This document shows, piece by piece, positions 1 to 10,839 of a stretch of DNA of 64,000 bases. The notes beneath the pieces are model-generated. The model searched no databases. It saw only the letters and a program-made list of their open reading frames with translations, and was not told the origin of the DNA. The number at the start of each line of letters is the position of its first letter. The stretch's first letter is position 1. Location of the stretch: positions 2,490 to 66,489 of the forward strand of contig NZ_URAR01000003.1 of assembly GCF_900545795.1 (NCBI RefSeq). The letters run 5' to 3'. The position numbers were made by a program, and so were the translations under genes. This DNA is from an uncultured Veillonella sp. GTDB taxonomy: Bacteria > Bacillota > Negativicutes > Veillonellales > Veillonellaceae.

Positions 1-149
1 ATACGAATAATACTAAAGCTCTGCATACCTTGGCTAGAAGCGGTACGCTTAGCAACATCTAATAGCACATTTAATTGCTGCGGTGTAATAGGTGTTGATT
101 TAAATTCACGAATAGTACGGTGATTTAATAATATATCAATAGGATTCAT
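1..149 (-). CDS. nitroreductase family protein, N-terminal fragment (gene continues past the window start)
   Basis: Reverse-strand translation from ATG at 147-149 gives MNPIDILLNHRTIREFKSTPITPQQLNVLLDVAKRTASSQGMQSFSIIRI, a typical NfsB/NfnB-type N-terminus. There is no stop before the window edge, so it is absent from the ORF track. Confidence 0.45.
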   Translation of the reverse strand, partial: MNPIDILLNHRTIREFKSTPITPQQLNVLLDVAKRTASSQGMQSFSIIR

Positions 150-239
150 ATACAAAACTCCTTTACTGTGAACATATCGAAATATCTAAATTTCTCTTTT
201 TACAGTACCACGGATTGTACCCCTTGTCTAGTATACAAT

Positions 240-626
240 CTAATTATTCCATACCAATTTGTAAATCTCTTCCCCCATTGTCTCAGGTACAATCGGTTGT
301 ACCGACTTATCATAAGTAAATTCATCATCATTATAAGGAATTCCAGTAGTGTGAAATAAACGCAACTCTAAAATCTGAATCGTCTTATCTTCCTTATTAA
401 GCTTTATCTTTTGCTCATAATAATCCTTATTAAGTTGATTTACGCGAATCCACATGGTTGCTTCTTTATCATTTTTCTCTACTCGACTATTATCAACACT
501 ATATTGCTCTTCCGTAGCACTGGCTCCAATATAATACCAATCGGCAGCCATTACCTGTTGAGCCATACCCAATTGAACACCACCCACTACTGCTAACACA
601 AGCATAATTTGTTTCCAATATTTCAT
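240..626 (-). CDS. small exported hypothetical protein with signal peptide
   Basis: 128-aa ORF. N-terminal hydrophobic signal sequence MKYWKQIMLVLAVVGGVQLGMAQQVMAA. RBS AAGAGGTG lies upstream of the ATG at 626. No recognisable family. Confidence 0.5.
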   Translation of the reverse strand: MKYWKQIMLVLAVVGGVQLGMAQQVMAADWYYIGASATEEQYSVDNSRVEKNDKEATMWIRVNQLNKDYYEQKIKLNKEDKTIQILELRLFHTTGIPYNDDEFTYDKSVQPIVPETMGEEIYKLVWNN

Positions 627-856
627 ATCATATCACCTCTTATATTAATTACCTCTTTTGTATTTAGGCCTTTCATTCCCAAATAGTCTAACATTAGTAT
701 TCCAAATATTAACACATAACTTGAAGATCATACTTTCTATAATACAGAAAATATGTACGTTATTATTATACTCTCTTTTTTAATTACATCAACAAAAATT
801 TTTAAAAACATCTATCTTTTGATAATGGACAAAAAACTGAATTTGTCCATTAAGTT

Positions 857-885
857 TTGCTTTTTTCTTTTTTATTTGGTATACT
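857..885 (+). promoter_or_regulatory. sigma-70-like promoter for the SIMPL gene
   Basis: TTGCTT (857-862), 17-bp spacer, extended -10 TGgTATACT (877-885). About 80 nt upstream of the ATG at 966, which has RBS AAAGGAG. Confidence 0.4.
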
Positions 886-965
886 ACCAGTAAAGAACTA
901 ATGAAGTGTAAAGTTCTATTAACATTCTTATACTTTTTTTAGAAAGAGTAACAAAGGAGTTTATT

Positions 966-1712
966 ATGAATTTAAAATTAACAAAAAAATTAACCCGTAC
1001 AATTTTAGCTGCCACTCTTGCACTAGGTGTTACTGGCGCTGCTCTAGCAGCTCCACAAGGTGCTGATGTACCTGAATCTCAAATCCAAGTAACTGGCATG
1101 GCTAACCGCTCTATTGCACCGACTTATGCTACATTGCGCTTAGGTATCACTAGCAATGCTAATAATGTTATGACTGCTAAGAGCGAAAATGATCGCATTA
1201 TGAGCCAATTAATTGCTAGCTTAGCTCAAGTAGGTGTGACTAAAAACAATATCCAAACTTCTAACTTCTCCGTTAACCCACAGTACGATTACCAAACTGT
1301 AAAAGGTCAACGCGATAATTCTATTCAATCCTACACTGTATCTAACAATGTAACTGTTCGCATTAATGATTTAAGCAAAGTAAGCCAAATCATTGACCGC
1401 GCAGTAGGTGCTGGTGCTAATGACATTCAATCCCTTTCTTTTGAAGCTGATGTAAACCAATCCCTTAGCGATCAATTGACTACAGAAGCTGTTAAAAATG
1501 GCCGTCATCAAGCTGAAGTTATCGCTGCTGCATTAGGTCAACAAATCAAAGGCATCAAAGAAGCGTCTGTAAACTCTACTAACACTTATACATTAGACAA
1601 CACACCTCGTATGTATAAAATGGCTGCTAGTGCTCTAGAAACTACAACACCTGTAGAGCAAGGCGATTTATCTGTAGTAAAAACAGTAAATCTTGTATTC
1701 TATGTACAATAA
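966..1712 (+). CDS. SIMPL/DUF541 domain periplasmic protein (YggE-like, 26 kDa periplasmic immunogenic protein family)
   Basis: 248 aa with a signal peptide. The sequence pattern is typical of the SIMPL domain (N-terminal YATLRLGITSNANNV..., later QSYTVSNNVTVRINDLSKVSQIIDRAV and central GQQIKGIKEAS). Confidence 0.7.
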   Translation: MNLKLTKKLTRTILAATLALGVTGAALAAPQGADVPESQIQVTGMANRSIAPTYATLRLGITSNANNVMTAKSENDRIMSQLIASLAQVGVTKNNIQTSNFSVNPQYDYQTVKGQRDNSIQSYTVSNNVTVRINDLSKVSQIIDRAVGAGANDIQSLSFEADVNQSLSDQLTTEAVKNGRHQAEVIAAALGQQIKGIKEASVNSTNTYTLDNTPRMYKMAASALETTTPVEQGDLSVVKTVNLVFYVQ

Positions 1713-1773
1713 TCGTTCATTCTGTAAATAGTCTTACTATCTATTAGTCATTACTTTTTCGTAATAACTAACA

Positions 1774-1828
1774 AAGGGCTGTCACCCTGTGCTGATTATA
1801 TTCAGCACTACGGTGACAGCCCTTTTTG
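1774..1828. terminator. bidirectional rho-independent terminator between convergent genes
   Basis: Compound hairpin AGGGCTGTCACC/GGTGACAGCCCT (12-bp stem) enclosing an inner stem GTGCTGA/TCAGCAC. A-run upstream and TTTTT downstream. Confidence 0.7.
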
Positions 1829-1849
1829 CTATCTCCTCAAACTCATTTT

Positions 1850-2662
1850 TTACTTTTCTGGTACACGACCTACATGAACAGCCACTATGCCACCAGTTAA
1901 TTCAAAATACTCCGCCTCTTCATAGCCTACGGCTTTAAAAATATCTAGCACCTTAGACTGATGAGGATAGCGTCGCAATGATTCTGGAAGCCACGCATAG
2001 GAGGACTTATCTTTACTGAGCTTACCAAGAATAGGTAAAATCTTTTCAAAATATAAATAATATAACTGTTTAAAACCAATCATCGTTGGCTTAGCTAGTT
2101 CTAATGTGACCACATAGCCACCAGGCTTAACTACGCGCATCATTTCCTGTAAAGTCACTTCAATGCTCGGCACATTGCGTAGTGCAAAAGCGCTCATAGC
2201 GGAATCAAAGCTATTATCTTCATAAGGTAAGTCCATAGCATCGCCTTCCACTAAGCTCACCTTATCAAGAAGGCCTAATTCTTCCAAGCGCGCCTGTCCA
2301 CGGCGTAACATTTCAGGACTGAAATCGAGTGCTTCAATAGAAATATCTGAATGTTGTCTCAGTGCTTCAATAGTTAACATCCCAGTGCCACACGCTACAT
2401 CAAGTAAGCGATGGCCTGTTTCTAATTTAAGTTTCGAAACGGCAAAACGGCGCCAATAAGCATCTTGATGAAAACTTAAAATCGTATTCATCAAATCATA
2501 GTGTTTAGCAATATGAGAAAATACATGTTGTACATATACTTCTTTATCTTGATTATTTTCAAACTGCAAGCCCTTTTTTATTACTTCCTGTGCAAGATCT
2601 ACATCTGCTTTGGAATCTATAGGCGATACAGTTTTTACTTTCACATCATTCATCATCTTCAC
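1850..2662 (-). CDS. ubiE: demethylmenaquinone/ubiquinone C-methyltransferase UbiE/MenG
   Basis: 270 aa. UbiE/MenG N-terminal signature [26 protein letters not shown] and SAM-binding motif [11 protein letters not shown]. Confidence 0.85.
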   Translation of the reverse strand: MKMMNDVKVKTVSPIDSKADVDLAQEVIKKGLQFENNQDKEVYVQHVFSHIAKHYDLMNTILSFHQDAYWRRFAVSKLKLETGHRLLDVACGTGMLTIEALRQHSDISIEALDFSPEMLRRGQARLEELGLLDKVSLVEGDAMDLPYEDNSFDSAMSAFALRNVPSIEVTLQEMMRVVKPGGYVVTLELAKPTMIGFKQLYYLYFEKILPILGKLSKDKSSYAWLPESLRRYPHQSKVLDIFKAVGYEEAEYFELTGGIVAVHVGRVPEK

Positions 2663-2790
2663 ATCGCTTTACTAATAATACAAAACCCTTACTGCGTCTC
2701 TTTAGTATACAAAAATTAAAAGCCCCTTGTAAAGTCATCACAAAAAACACTAATATAATTTTATTTTATAAAAAAATCAATAAAAAACAC

Positions 2791-2819
2791 TTGCCAATCT
2801 TTTTTATCCGTTCTATAAT
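2791..2819 (+). promoter_or_regulatory. near-consensus sigma-70 promoter for sstT
   Basis: TTGCCA (2791-2796), exact 17-bp spacer, TATAAT (2814-2819). About 50 nt upstream of the sstT start. Confidence 0.5.
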
Positions 2820-2868
2820 GACATATGTCCATTACAAGGAAATGTATATTCAAAAAGGAGAGATTGTG

Positions 2869-4221
2869 ATGAAATATGTTTTACAAGTGCTAAACCGATT
2901 GAGCCTCATCCAACAAATCATTATTGGCCTTATTATCGGTATATCGGTAGCGCTCATTAATCCTACCATAGGTAAAAATTTATCCCTACTCGGCATTATT
3001 TTCGTAGGTGCCCTAAAAGGGATTGCACCAGTTCTCGTATTTTTCTTAGTTATCGCCGCTGTATGTCGCCACCGTGCGGGGCAGCAATCGGGAATGAGAA
3101 AAATCATTGGCATGTATATTGTAGGTACCTTCCTATCCGCTGCGTTAGCAGTAGTAGTAAGCACTGTATTCCCTACTACTTTGCATTTAGTTAATGCCAC
3201 TCAGGAAACAGCAGCGCCAGAAGGGATTGCCGAAGTCCTCATTACACTATTAAAAAATGCTGTGGACAATCCACTCCATGCCATTATGACTGGTAATTAC
3301 ATCGGTATTCTAAGCTGGGCCGTAGTCATCGGCTTCGCTCTTCGCCATGCACCAGATGAAACAAAAGAAGTATTTGCTAATATTTCAGATGCTGTTACTA
3401 CCTGTGTGCAATGGGTTATCCGCTTAGCTCCATTTGGTATTATGGGCCTTGTAGCTGAAACAATTGCTACCAATGGTATTGAAGTATTATTAGATTATGG
3501 TGTATTACTTGCTACATTATTAGGCAGTATGTTCTTTGTAGCCCTTGTAATCAATCCAATTATTGTATTCTGGGCTATTCGCCGCAATCCGTATCCACTT
3601 ACCTTAAAATGCTTGCGTGAATCTGGTATTTATGCCTTCTTTACTCGCAGCTCAGCAGCTAATATTCCGGTAAATATGAAATTATGTGAGGATTTGGGAT
3701 TGGATGAGGACACCTATTCTGTGTCGATTCCGCTGGGAGCCACTATCAATATGGATCTTGCCAAACGCCTCGGCGTTTCCCCTGATACTTACTCCATTGC
3801 CATTCCTTTAGGCGCTACTATCAACATGGCAGGTGCAGCCATTACTATCACTATCATGACACTAGCCGCTGCCAATACGCTCAATATTCAAGTAGACTTT
3901 TTAACATCCCTACTTCTTAGCATTATTGCTACTATTGGTGCATGTGGTGCCTCTGGTGTTGCTGGCGGTTCCTTATTGCTTATTCCACTAGCATGTAGCC
4001 TATTCGGTATCTCCAATGACATTGCCATGCAAGTCGTAGGTGTTGGTTTCATTATCGGAGTTCTTCAAGACTCCACTGAAACAGCACTCAACTCTTCCAC
4101 TGATATTCTCTTCACAGCCGCTGCTGATTTTGCAAAACACGGCTACCCTAGCGATATCAACCATGTAGTAATAGAAGATACAGTTGAACAATCTGTTCAA
4201 GAAGCTAGCTTAAACAACTAA
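2869..4221 (+). CDS. sstT: serine/threonine:sodium symporter SstT (DAACS family)
   Basis: Start reassigned to ATG 2869 ([11 protein letters not shown]..., RBS AAAGGAG at 2855). The upstream part of the track ORF covers the promoter. Conserved SstT/DAACS motifs [17 protein letters not shown]. Contains an internal in-frame duplication (see findings). Confidence 0.8.
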   Translation: MKYVLQVLNRLSLIQQIIIGLIIGISVALINPTIGKNLSLLGIIFVGALKGIAPVLVFFLVIAAVCRHRAGQQSGMRKIIGMYIVGTFLSAALAVVVSTVFPTTLHLVNATQETAAPEGIAEVLITLLKNAVDNPLHAIMTGNYIGILSWAVVIGFALRHAPDETKEVFANISDAVTTCVQWVIRLAPFGIMGLVAETIATNGIEVLLDYGVLLATLLGSMFFVALVINPIIVFWAIRRNPYPLTLKCLRESGIYAFFTRSSAANIPVNMKLCEDLGLDEDTYSVSIPLGATINMDLAKRLGVSPDTYSIAIPLGATINMAGAAITITIMTLAAANTLNIQVDFLTSLLLSIIATIGACGASGVAGGSLLLIPLACSLFGISNDIAMQVVGVGFIIGVLQDSTETALNSSTDILFTAAADFAKHGYPSDINHVVIEDTVEQSVQEASLNN

Positions 4222-4239
4222 TCTCCTTTTACATAAACT

Positions 4240-4299
4240 AAAAGCCTTACTCATTATAATGTTTACAATATATGTAACATTACTTGAGTAAGGCTTTTC
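4240..4299. terminator. bidirectional terminator between sstT and the convergent CDF gene
   Basis: Imperfect long hairpin AAAAGCCTTACTCA...TGAGTAAGGCTTTT (10-bp GC-containing stem plus an inner AT-rich stem), flanked by A and T runs. Confidence 0.6.
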
Positions 4300-4347
4300 T
4301 TATGAATGCTTTCAATAAATTAAATGCAGATTCCTCTTATCCAAAGA

Positions 4348-5535
4348 TTATGGGTGAATGTGTTGATTCCCTGTATAACGCCTACCTGCATTGATATGAA
4401 CATCAAAATTAGGATGAACTGCTTCTAAAATGCTTTTAATGCTATTAGACACATCTTCAATATTCGCATTACTAGAGTAAGGTACGGTCATATCAAAGGA
4501 CACTCTCGTTCGCTCACCATCTTGAATGCCTTGTACATCATATACACAAATATCAGGATTATACGCTTTTGCCACTTTATCTACCATGTTATAAAGTTTA
4601 ATCATTTCATCATTAATAATACGTGGGTCCATATGAATCGTTAAGTTTACATATAGTTTATCTGCCACATCACGTTCAATGCGATCAACTAGGGCATGAC
4701 TTTTAATCACATCTACTTTAGCATCTACCTCAACATGAATGCTAGCAAACACATTGCCTGGTCCATAGTCATGAACAACTAAATCATGAACACCTTCTAC
4801 CCCTTTATAGGATTTTACAAGGGTTACAATAGACGATACAAGCTCTGGACTTGGCTCTTGTCCTAAAATACGAGTAATCGCATCAGACAATACATGATAA
4901 CCCGCTCGACCAATAAGTAAGGCCACTAAAAAGCTCAAATAGCCATCTACAGGTAATGCAAATAGTCCACCTATAACCAAGCCCACTGTAACACCTGCAA
5001 TACCCCAAATATCAGACAAAGTTTCTAAGCTATTAGCTCTTAAAATAGGTGAATCAACTAGCTCTCCAATATATTTTAAAAAACTATAGAGCCAAAGTTT
5101 CAATCCCATCGCACAGAGCATAACAATTACTGAAGTAAGGGAAAATGGCACTACTTCTGGATTCATAATGCGATGCACTGCTTCAATGAGAATCTGAATG
5201 GCTAAGACGAATAACAATAAAGCAAATCCAATGGAAAGCAAATACTCCATGCGCCCAAAGCCAAAAGGATGCGCTTCATCTGCTTTCTTCGCACCGAGAC
5301 GAAAACTAATTAAGGAGATTAAAGAACCACCGGCATCTGTAATATTATGTATACCGTCACTAATCATAGCTAAAGAGCCTATTAAAAATCCTACAGCCAC
5401 TTCCCCAATACAGATCAATAGATTAATTACAATGCCTGCTATACTAGCTAAATCGCCATATTTTGTGCGAACCATAGGTGATTTTACACAATCGCGATTT
5501 GGCACATACATGCGTATTAATAAGTCTTGCATCAT
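4348..5535 (-). CDS. cation diffusion facilitator (CDF) family divalent metal efflux transporter
   Basis: 395 aa. Six transmembrane N-terminal domain with HNITDAGGS and metal-site H/D residues, plus a cytoplasmic C-terminal domain (HVEVDAKVDVIKSHALVDRIERDV). Confidence 0.8.
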   Translation of the reverse strand: MMQDLLIRMYVPNRDCVKSPMVRTKYGDLASIAGIVINLLICIGEVAVGFLIGSLAMISDGIHNITDAGGSLISLISFRLGAKKADEAHPFGFGRMEYLLSIGFALLLFVLAIQILIEAVHRIMNPEVVPFSLTSVIVMLCAMGLKLWLYSFLKYIGELVDSPILRANSLETLSDIWGIAGVTVGLVIGGLFALPVDGYLSFLVALLIGRAGYHVLSDAITRILGQEPSPELVSSIVTLVKSYKGVEGVHDLVVHDYGPGNVFASIHVEVDAKVDVIKSHALVDRIERDVADKLYVNLTIHMDPRIINDEMIKLYNMVDKVAKAYNPDICVYDVQGIQDGERTRVSFDMTVPYSSNANIEDVSNSIKSILEAVHPNFDVHINAGRRYTGNQHIHP

Positions 5536-5609
5536 TTACCCCACTCATCTTTATAATGAATAATCAATAAAAACTTTTCATATTCTTTACAATACCATAT
5601 ATAATAGAT

Positions 5610-5640
5610 AATCCGTTAGCACATAAGGAGCTAACGGATT
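5610..5640 (-). terminator. stem-loop: terminator of the oxidoreductase gene or 5'-leader structure of the CDF gene
   Basis: Perfect 11-bp stem AATCCGTTAGC/GCTAACGGATT with a 9-nt loop. An A/U-rich tract follows on the minus strand. Lies 75-105 nt upstream of the CDF start. Confidence 0.35.
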
Positions 5641-5857
5641 ATCATTATTCTCATTGAAATCATTGTACACCTTTTCTCAATAATTATCAATAAGAATTTT
5701 ATGTTTTATTTATGATTTTTTCATCTAATTTATATGAGTTTTAAACCATTAGGTTGTTATTTTTTACTACAAAACGAATCCATATTCGCCTAGCCATGAT
5801 ACGCTCTCATAGCCTTAATGACCAGAAGCCTATCAATTATCATTTAAACAAAACGGC

Positions 5858-7375
5858 TTACCAGCGGTTTTCGTAATATACTTGCGTCCACATAACGATT
5901 TCAGACAAAGTAGGATGCGGTGTCATAGTTTCCCCAACAGTAATAACAGAATGAGGATCCATTTTACGCACTAACCCTTCACTGCGCAATTGTTTCGTCA
6001 ATGGTGAACCAATCTCTTCATTAATTGGAGTCAATGGAGTATCTCCACTATTGAGCAAGTTCACATATGGTTGGAATAAAATAGACGCTTGAGGGCCAAT
6101 TACATGAACACCTAAAATATGATTAGTCTTAGTATCTACAACAATTTTAACAAATCCATCATTTTCATCACCTGGATCAAAGCCCATAGCAAAGCCTTTA
6201 GCCGATGCGGAATAATAGTTTTTACCAGTTTTAACTTCATAGCCTAATTCTTTAGCCTGAGTTTCTGTTAAACCTACATGACCTACTTGAGGATAAGTAA
6301 AGGTAACAGCTGGCACTAAATCATAGCGTGCCCAGCGGAAATCTTGCGGTGACTCAGCAAAGAATAAATTATGCGCGATAATATCAGCTTCATAATTAGC
6401 CTTATGTCTAAATGGTGCCTCACCATTCACATCGCCCATAGCGTATACGCCTTCTACAGAGGTTTCTAAGAATTCATTTGTTTTAATCCAGCCACCACGC
6501 ATAGTTTCAATAGATGTATTTTCTAATTTTAACTCCTCAGTAGCTGGTTTGATACCAGATGCCATGAGAATTTCTTCTCCACGTACTTCGCGGATTTCAC
6601 CTGTTTTACGGTCTTCAATAACAACTACTTTTTCGCCATTTTCTACGCGCACTTCTTGCGGCTCTTGGTTAAGAATCACTTCAATGCCTAGACGCGTAAT
6701 GTCTTTATAAATCTGTTCAGAAATTTCTTCGTCTTCTTTAGGTAATAAGCGCACATTGTGTTGAATCAACGTTACTTCTGTACCTGCTGCAGCAAATACA
6801 TGAGCAAACTCTGTACCAATAGGACCACCACCCATTACGATGAGTTTCTTAAATGGCTTCTTAGGGTACTTATTGCCAAATAAAGATTCACTGCTCATAT
6901 AACCAGCTTCTTCAAGGCCTTTAATCGGATTGATTTTAGTATGGCCACCTACACCTAGAATAATAATTGGCGCTGTAATCTCTTCACTTACACCACCTTC
7001 AGTATAAGTAACAGTTACCACTTTATCTTTAACAAAAGAGGCAGCCCCATTATATACATCTACATTATCGAACTTTTTGTAGTATGCTTCCATGCCAATG
7101 CTTTCATCAATTTTTTGCCACACGCGCTTGGACATAAGATCCCAGTCAATGCTGGCAGGCTCAACTTTAACGCCAATTTTAGGAAGCTCTTCAATCTCGC
7201 GCACTGCATCGGCTACAGTAACCATAACCTTCGTAGGAATACAGCCACGAGTTAAGCAAGTGCCACCAAATTTAGCCTTTTCAATAATAGCTACTTTCTT
7301 TCCCTTTTTTATAGCCGCATCAGCAACGATGGTAGCACCACCAGTGCCGATTACAATAATATCATATTGCTTCAT
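5858..7375 (-). CDS. FAD-dependent pyridine nucleotide-disulfide oxidoreductase, dihydrolipoyl dehydrogenase family
   Basis: FAD-binding GXGXXG (DIIVIGTGGATIVAD), redox-active disulfide GGTCLTRGCIPTK, NAD-binding GGGPIG, and C-terminal dimerisation motif HPTLSE. Start set to ATG 7375 (MKQYDIIVIG), which has better RBS spacing than 7387. Confidence 0.7.
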   Translation of the reverse strand: MKQYDIIVIGTGGATIVADAAIKKGKKVAIIEKAKFGGTCLTRGCIPTKVMVTVADAVREIEELPKIGVKVEPASIDWDLMSKRVWQKIDESIGMEAYYKKFDNVDVYNGAASFVKDKVVTVTYTEGGVSEEITAPIIILGVGGHTKINPIKGLEEAGYMSSESLFGNKYPKKPFKKLIVMGGGPIGTEFAHVFAAAGTEVTLIQHNVRLLPKEDEEISEQIYKDITRLGIEVILNQEPQEVRVENGEKVVVIEDRKTGEIREVRGEEILMASGIKPATEELKLENTSIETMRGGWIKTNEFLETSVEGVYAMGDVNGEAPFRHKANYEADIIAHNLFFAESPQDFRWARYDLVPAVTFTYPQVGHVGLTETQAKELGYEVKTGKNYYSASAKGFAMGFDPGDENDGFVKIVVDTKTNHILGVHVIGPQASILFQPYVNLLNSGDTPLTPINEEIGSPLTKQLRSEGLVRKMDPHSVITVGETMTPHPTLSEIVMWTQVYYENRW

Positions 7376-7539
7376 TTTACCTATCATCCTTTCACAATGA
7401 CTAACAAGTAAAAATAATTATACTATCATTAATAATCAATAGCGATTACCAATTAATTATATCATATTGATAGATATAAATATAGTGAAGTAAATGCATA
7501 CTTGCAGAATTCAAATAATACGCCTATAATCGCAAATAA

Positions 7540-7585
7540 AAAGGCCATCACAGAGCCTTAAAACTTAAAACACTGTAATGGCGCT
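7540..7585 (-). terminator. rho-independent terminator of yebC
   Basis: On the minus strand GCCATTACAG...CTGTGATGGC (9/10 bp paired) followed by CUUUUUAUUU, immediately 3' of the yebC stop at 7598. Confidence 0.6.
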
Positions 7586-7597
7586 ATTATATTGAAT

Positions 7598-8332
7598 TTA
7601 TTCTTCTTCCTCAGGAAGAATAGCATTGTGGTAGACATCTTGCACATCGTCAAGATCATCTAATGCATCGAGCATTTTTTGCATTTTTTCAGCATTTTCG
7701 CCTTCTAGCTCGATATTATTATCCGGCACCATAGTAATTTTACTTACTTCTGTTTCAATGCCCGCTTCAGCTAAAGCAGCTTCTACTGCATCATAATCTT
7801 CTTGAGAGGTATAAATAACAAACGAATCGTCTTCAGATTTTAAATCTTCTGCCCCTGCTTCTAAAGCAAGTAGAGTTAATTCTTCTTCATCATGACCTTC
7901 TGCAGCGATAACGAAGATACCTTTGCGCTTAAACATCCATGCTACACAGCCTGTTTCGCCAAGATTACCACCATTTTTGGAGAATGCATGGCGCACATCT
8001 GCCGCTGTACGATTGCGATTATCTGTTAAGCACTCTACAGTTAGTGCCACGCCGCCAGGACCATAGCCTTCATAAGTAATCTCTTCGTAATTATCCATTT
8101 CAGTAGCGCCTACGCCTTTAGCAATCGCACGTTGAATATTATCTTTAGGGATATTATTTTCACGAGCTTTTTGAAGCGCTAATTTTAAACGCATATTACC
8201 TACTGGATCGCCACCACCCATGCGAGCAGCAACAGTGATTTCACGGCTAATTTTAGTCGTTACTTTTGCTTTAATCGCATCAGTTTTTCCTTTTTTATGT
8301 TTAATATTGGCCCATTTTGAATGTCCAGACAT
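7598..8332 (-). CDS. yebC: YebC/PmpR family DNA-binding transcriptional regulator
   Basis: Starts MSGHSKWANIKHKKGKTDAIKAKVTTK, the hallmark YebC N-terminus. Start trimmed to ATG 8332, which has a GGAGG RBS. Confidence 0.85.
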   Translation of the reverse strand: MSGHSKWANIKHKKGKTDAIKAKVTTKISREITVAARMGGGDPVGNMRLKLALQKARENNIPKDNIQRAIAKGVGATEMDNYEEITYEGYGPGGVALTVECLTDNRNRTAADVRHAFSKNGGNLGETGCVAWMFKRKGIFVIAAEGHDEEELTLLALEAGAEDLKSEDDSFVIYTSQEDYDAVEAALAEAGIETEVSKITMVPDNNIELEGENAEKMQKMLDALDDLDDVQDVYHNAILPEEEE

Positions 8333-8410
8333 TGTATTACCTCCTATAAAAATGCGCCTAGTGCAATAGATATTATATATCACGCTTCACTAGGTCTTAC
8401 ATATTGACTA

Positions 8411-9037
8411 TTAGGCTTTTTCCCACCAAGCTTCACCGCGAAGACGATCCAAAATAATTGAAACAGCACTTCGCACTGACAAGTGATTGTACTCACCATG
8501 CCCATATACAGGCTCTAATATATAGTCAAATTCTTCCATTGTTTCTTTTGTCATACCATAGCCGGTACCAAATAATACTAACACAGGAAGGTCCCCAAAT
8601 TCAAGGTTTTTACGCAATCCACTATAGGTAATTGTATTATCATAGGTACGTGCATCAGTAGTACAAACTAAGGGGCGCTTCCCTTCAAGCTCTATAACCT
8701 TATCAATGGCCACCTTAATAGAATTAACTAATTCTACCCCATTAAACGCTTCTTTGCGGTCAGGATTGTAGGTACTGCCAAAGCCTTGTTGCCAATGCTC
8801 CATTATTTTAGCCGCTAATTCTCTTTGGCTTGGAATATTGTGAATAACAAAATAGCGGCTCACGTCATAAGTAATCGCCGCGCGAGCAATATCATGAATA
8901 TCATAATTAGTTATTGCCGTTGTAATCACATCCATATGTTTATTGTAAATTGGATAATGTACCAGGCCGATATATAAATTAGGCAATGCCGTCCCTCCTT
9001 GTAATGTGCGTTCAAATTTGTGCTTTAAATACTTCAC
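8411..9037 (-). CDS. putative SPOUT-superfamily RNA methyltransferase
   Basis: 208 aa. C-terminal SPOUT-like motifs VLVLFGTGYGMTKE and ILEPVYGHGEYNHLSVRSAVSIILDRL. Exact family not resolved. Confidence 0.4.
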   Translation of the reverse strand: MKYLKHKFERTLQGGTALPNLYIGLVHYPIYNKHMDVITTAITNYDIHDIARAAITYDVSRYFVIHNIPSQRELAAKIMEHWQQGFGSTYNPDRKEAFNGVELVNSIKVAIDKVIELEGKRPLVCTTDARTYDNTITYSGLRKNLEFGDLPVLVLFGTGYGMTKETMEEFDYILEPVYGHGEYNHLSVRSAVSIILDRLRGEAWWEKA

Positions 9038-9059
9038 ATTTAAGCTTTAGACCCTTAAT

Positions 9060-9240
9060 AGTTAGCGCCTTACTGATTTTATAGCTAGCATCTTAAATGC
9101 TTAATATTTAGTGCCTTAGATGTTTTTAATGCCTTAGTTGCATTTTAGTACTTTAGATTCATTTTAATACCTTAGCTGCTTTACATTTAGTTCTTACATG
9201 CTTTTATATTTAGACACTTAGGTGCTTTTATATTATGTAG
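9060..9240. repeat. degenerate AT-rich tandem repeat array (about 21-bp period, TTAG-containing units)
   Basis: Units such as ttagatgtttttaatgcc / ttagttgcattttagtac / tttagattcattttaatacc / ttagctgctttacatttag recur about 8 times, directly 5' of the SPOUT gene start. Confidence 0.6.
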
Positions 9241-9321
9241 TTTACTATTACAAAATGCTAGTAAAGTACTAAGAACAGTTTCTATTATACTCCATCTTTA
9301 GGAAAGTGGAAAATATGGCCC

Positions 9322-9392
9322 AAATAAAATGCTTAGATGCTAACTCCTTAAGGCCTTGTATCAGCCTTGTAGAATTGCATCTAAGCATTATT
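9322..9392 (-). terminator. terminator of the glycolytic operon (after eno)
   Basis: 12-bp perfect inverted repeat ATGCTTAGATGC (9329-9340) / GCATCTAAGCAT (9377-9388) enclosing an inner hairpin AAGGC...GCCTT. Followed on the minus strand by UUUUAUUUGG. Confidence 0.55.
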
Positions 9393-9443
9393 ATGTGATG
9401 TAAACTTTTAACTATAGATACATCTAAGTGATGAATCTATATA

Positions 9444-10745
<1,302 letters not shown>

Positions 10746-10801
10746 TTAATATGTTAACCTCAATACGTTAACCCTTATATACTTTCATTATACCCTACCT
10801 A

Positions 10802-10839
10802 GGTAGAACCTGCCTTTATTACAGGGAACAAGTTCTACC
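10802..10839 (-). other. intercistronic stem-loop between gpmI and eno, overlapping the gpmI stop
   Basis: 8-bp stem GGTAGAAC/GTTCTACC with an inner CCTG/CAGG stem. No U-tract, so more likely a processing or stability element than a terminator. Confidence 0.35.

Noticed and set aside
168-596. Plus-strand ORFs 168..359 and 411..596 from the track
   Set aside because: They lie antisense to and inside the better-supported minus-strand secreted-protein gene (240..626). They are low-complexity with no RBS, so they are shadow ORFs.
2791-2868. N-terminal extension of the sstT ORF (track start 2791)
   Set aside because: The extension overlaps a near-consensus promoter (TTGCCA-17-TATAAT). A canonical SstT N-terminus begins at ATG 2869, which has an AAAGGAG RBS.
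2850-7400. Antisense or overlapping ORFs (2850..3200-, 4000..4200-, 5198..5563+, 7092..7400+)
   Set aside because: They are fully embedded antisense in strongly supported genes (sstT, CDF, oxidoreductase). Typical shadow ORFs.
9060-9240. CRISPR array hypothesis for the tandem repeat regions (also 17215-17335, 20606-20735, 31775-31895)
   Set aside because: Units are about 20-24 bp and degenerate, with no intervening unique spacers, no longer palindromic repeat, and no cas genes in the window.
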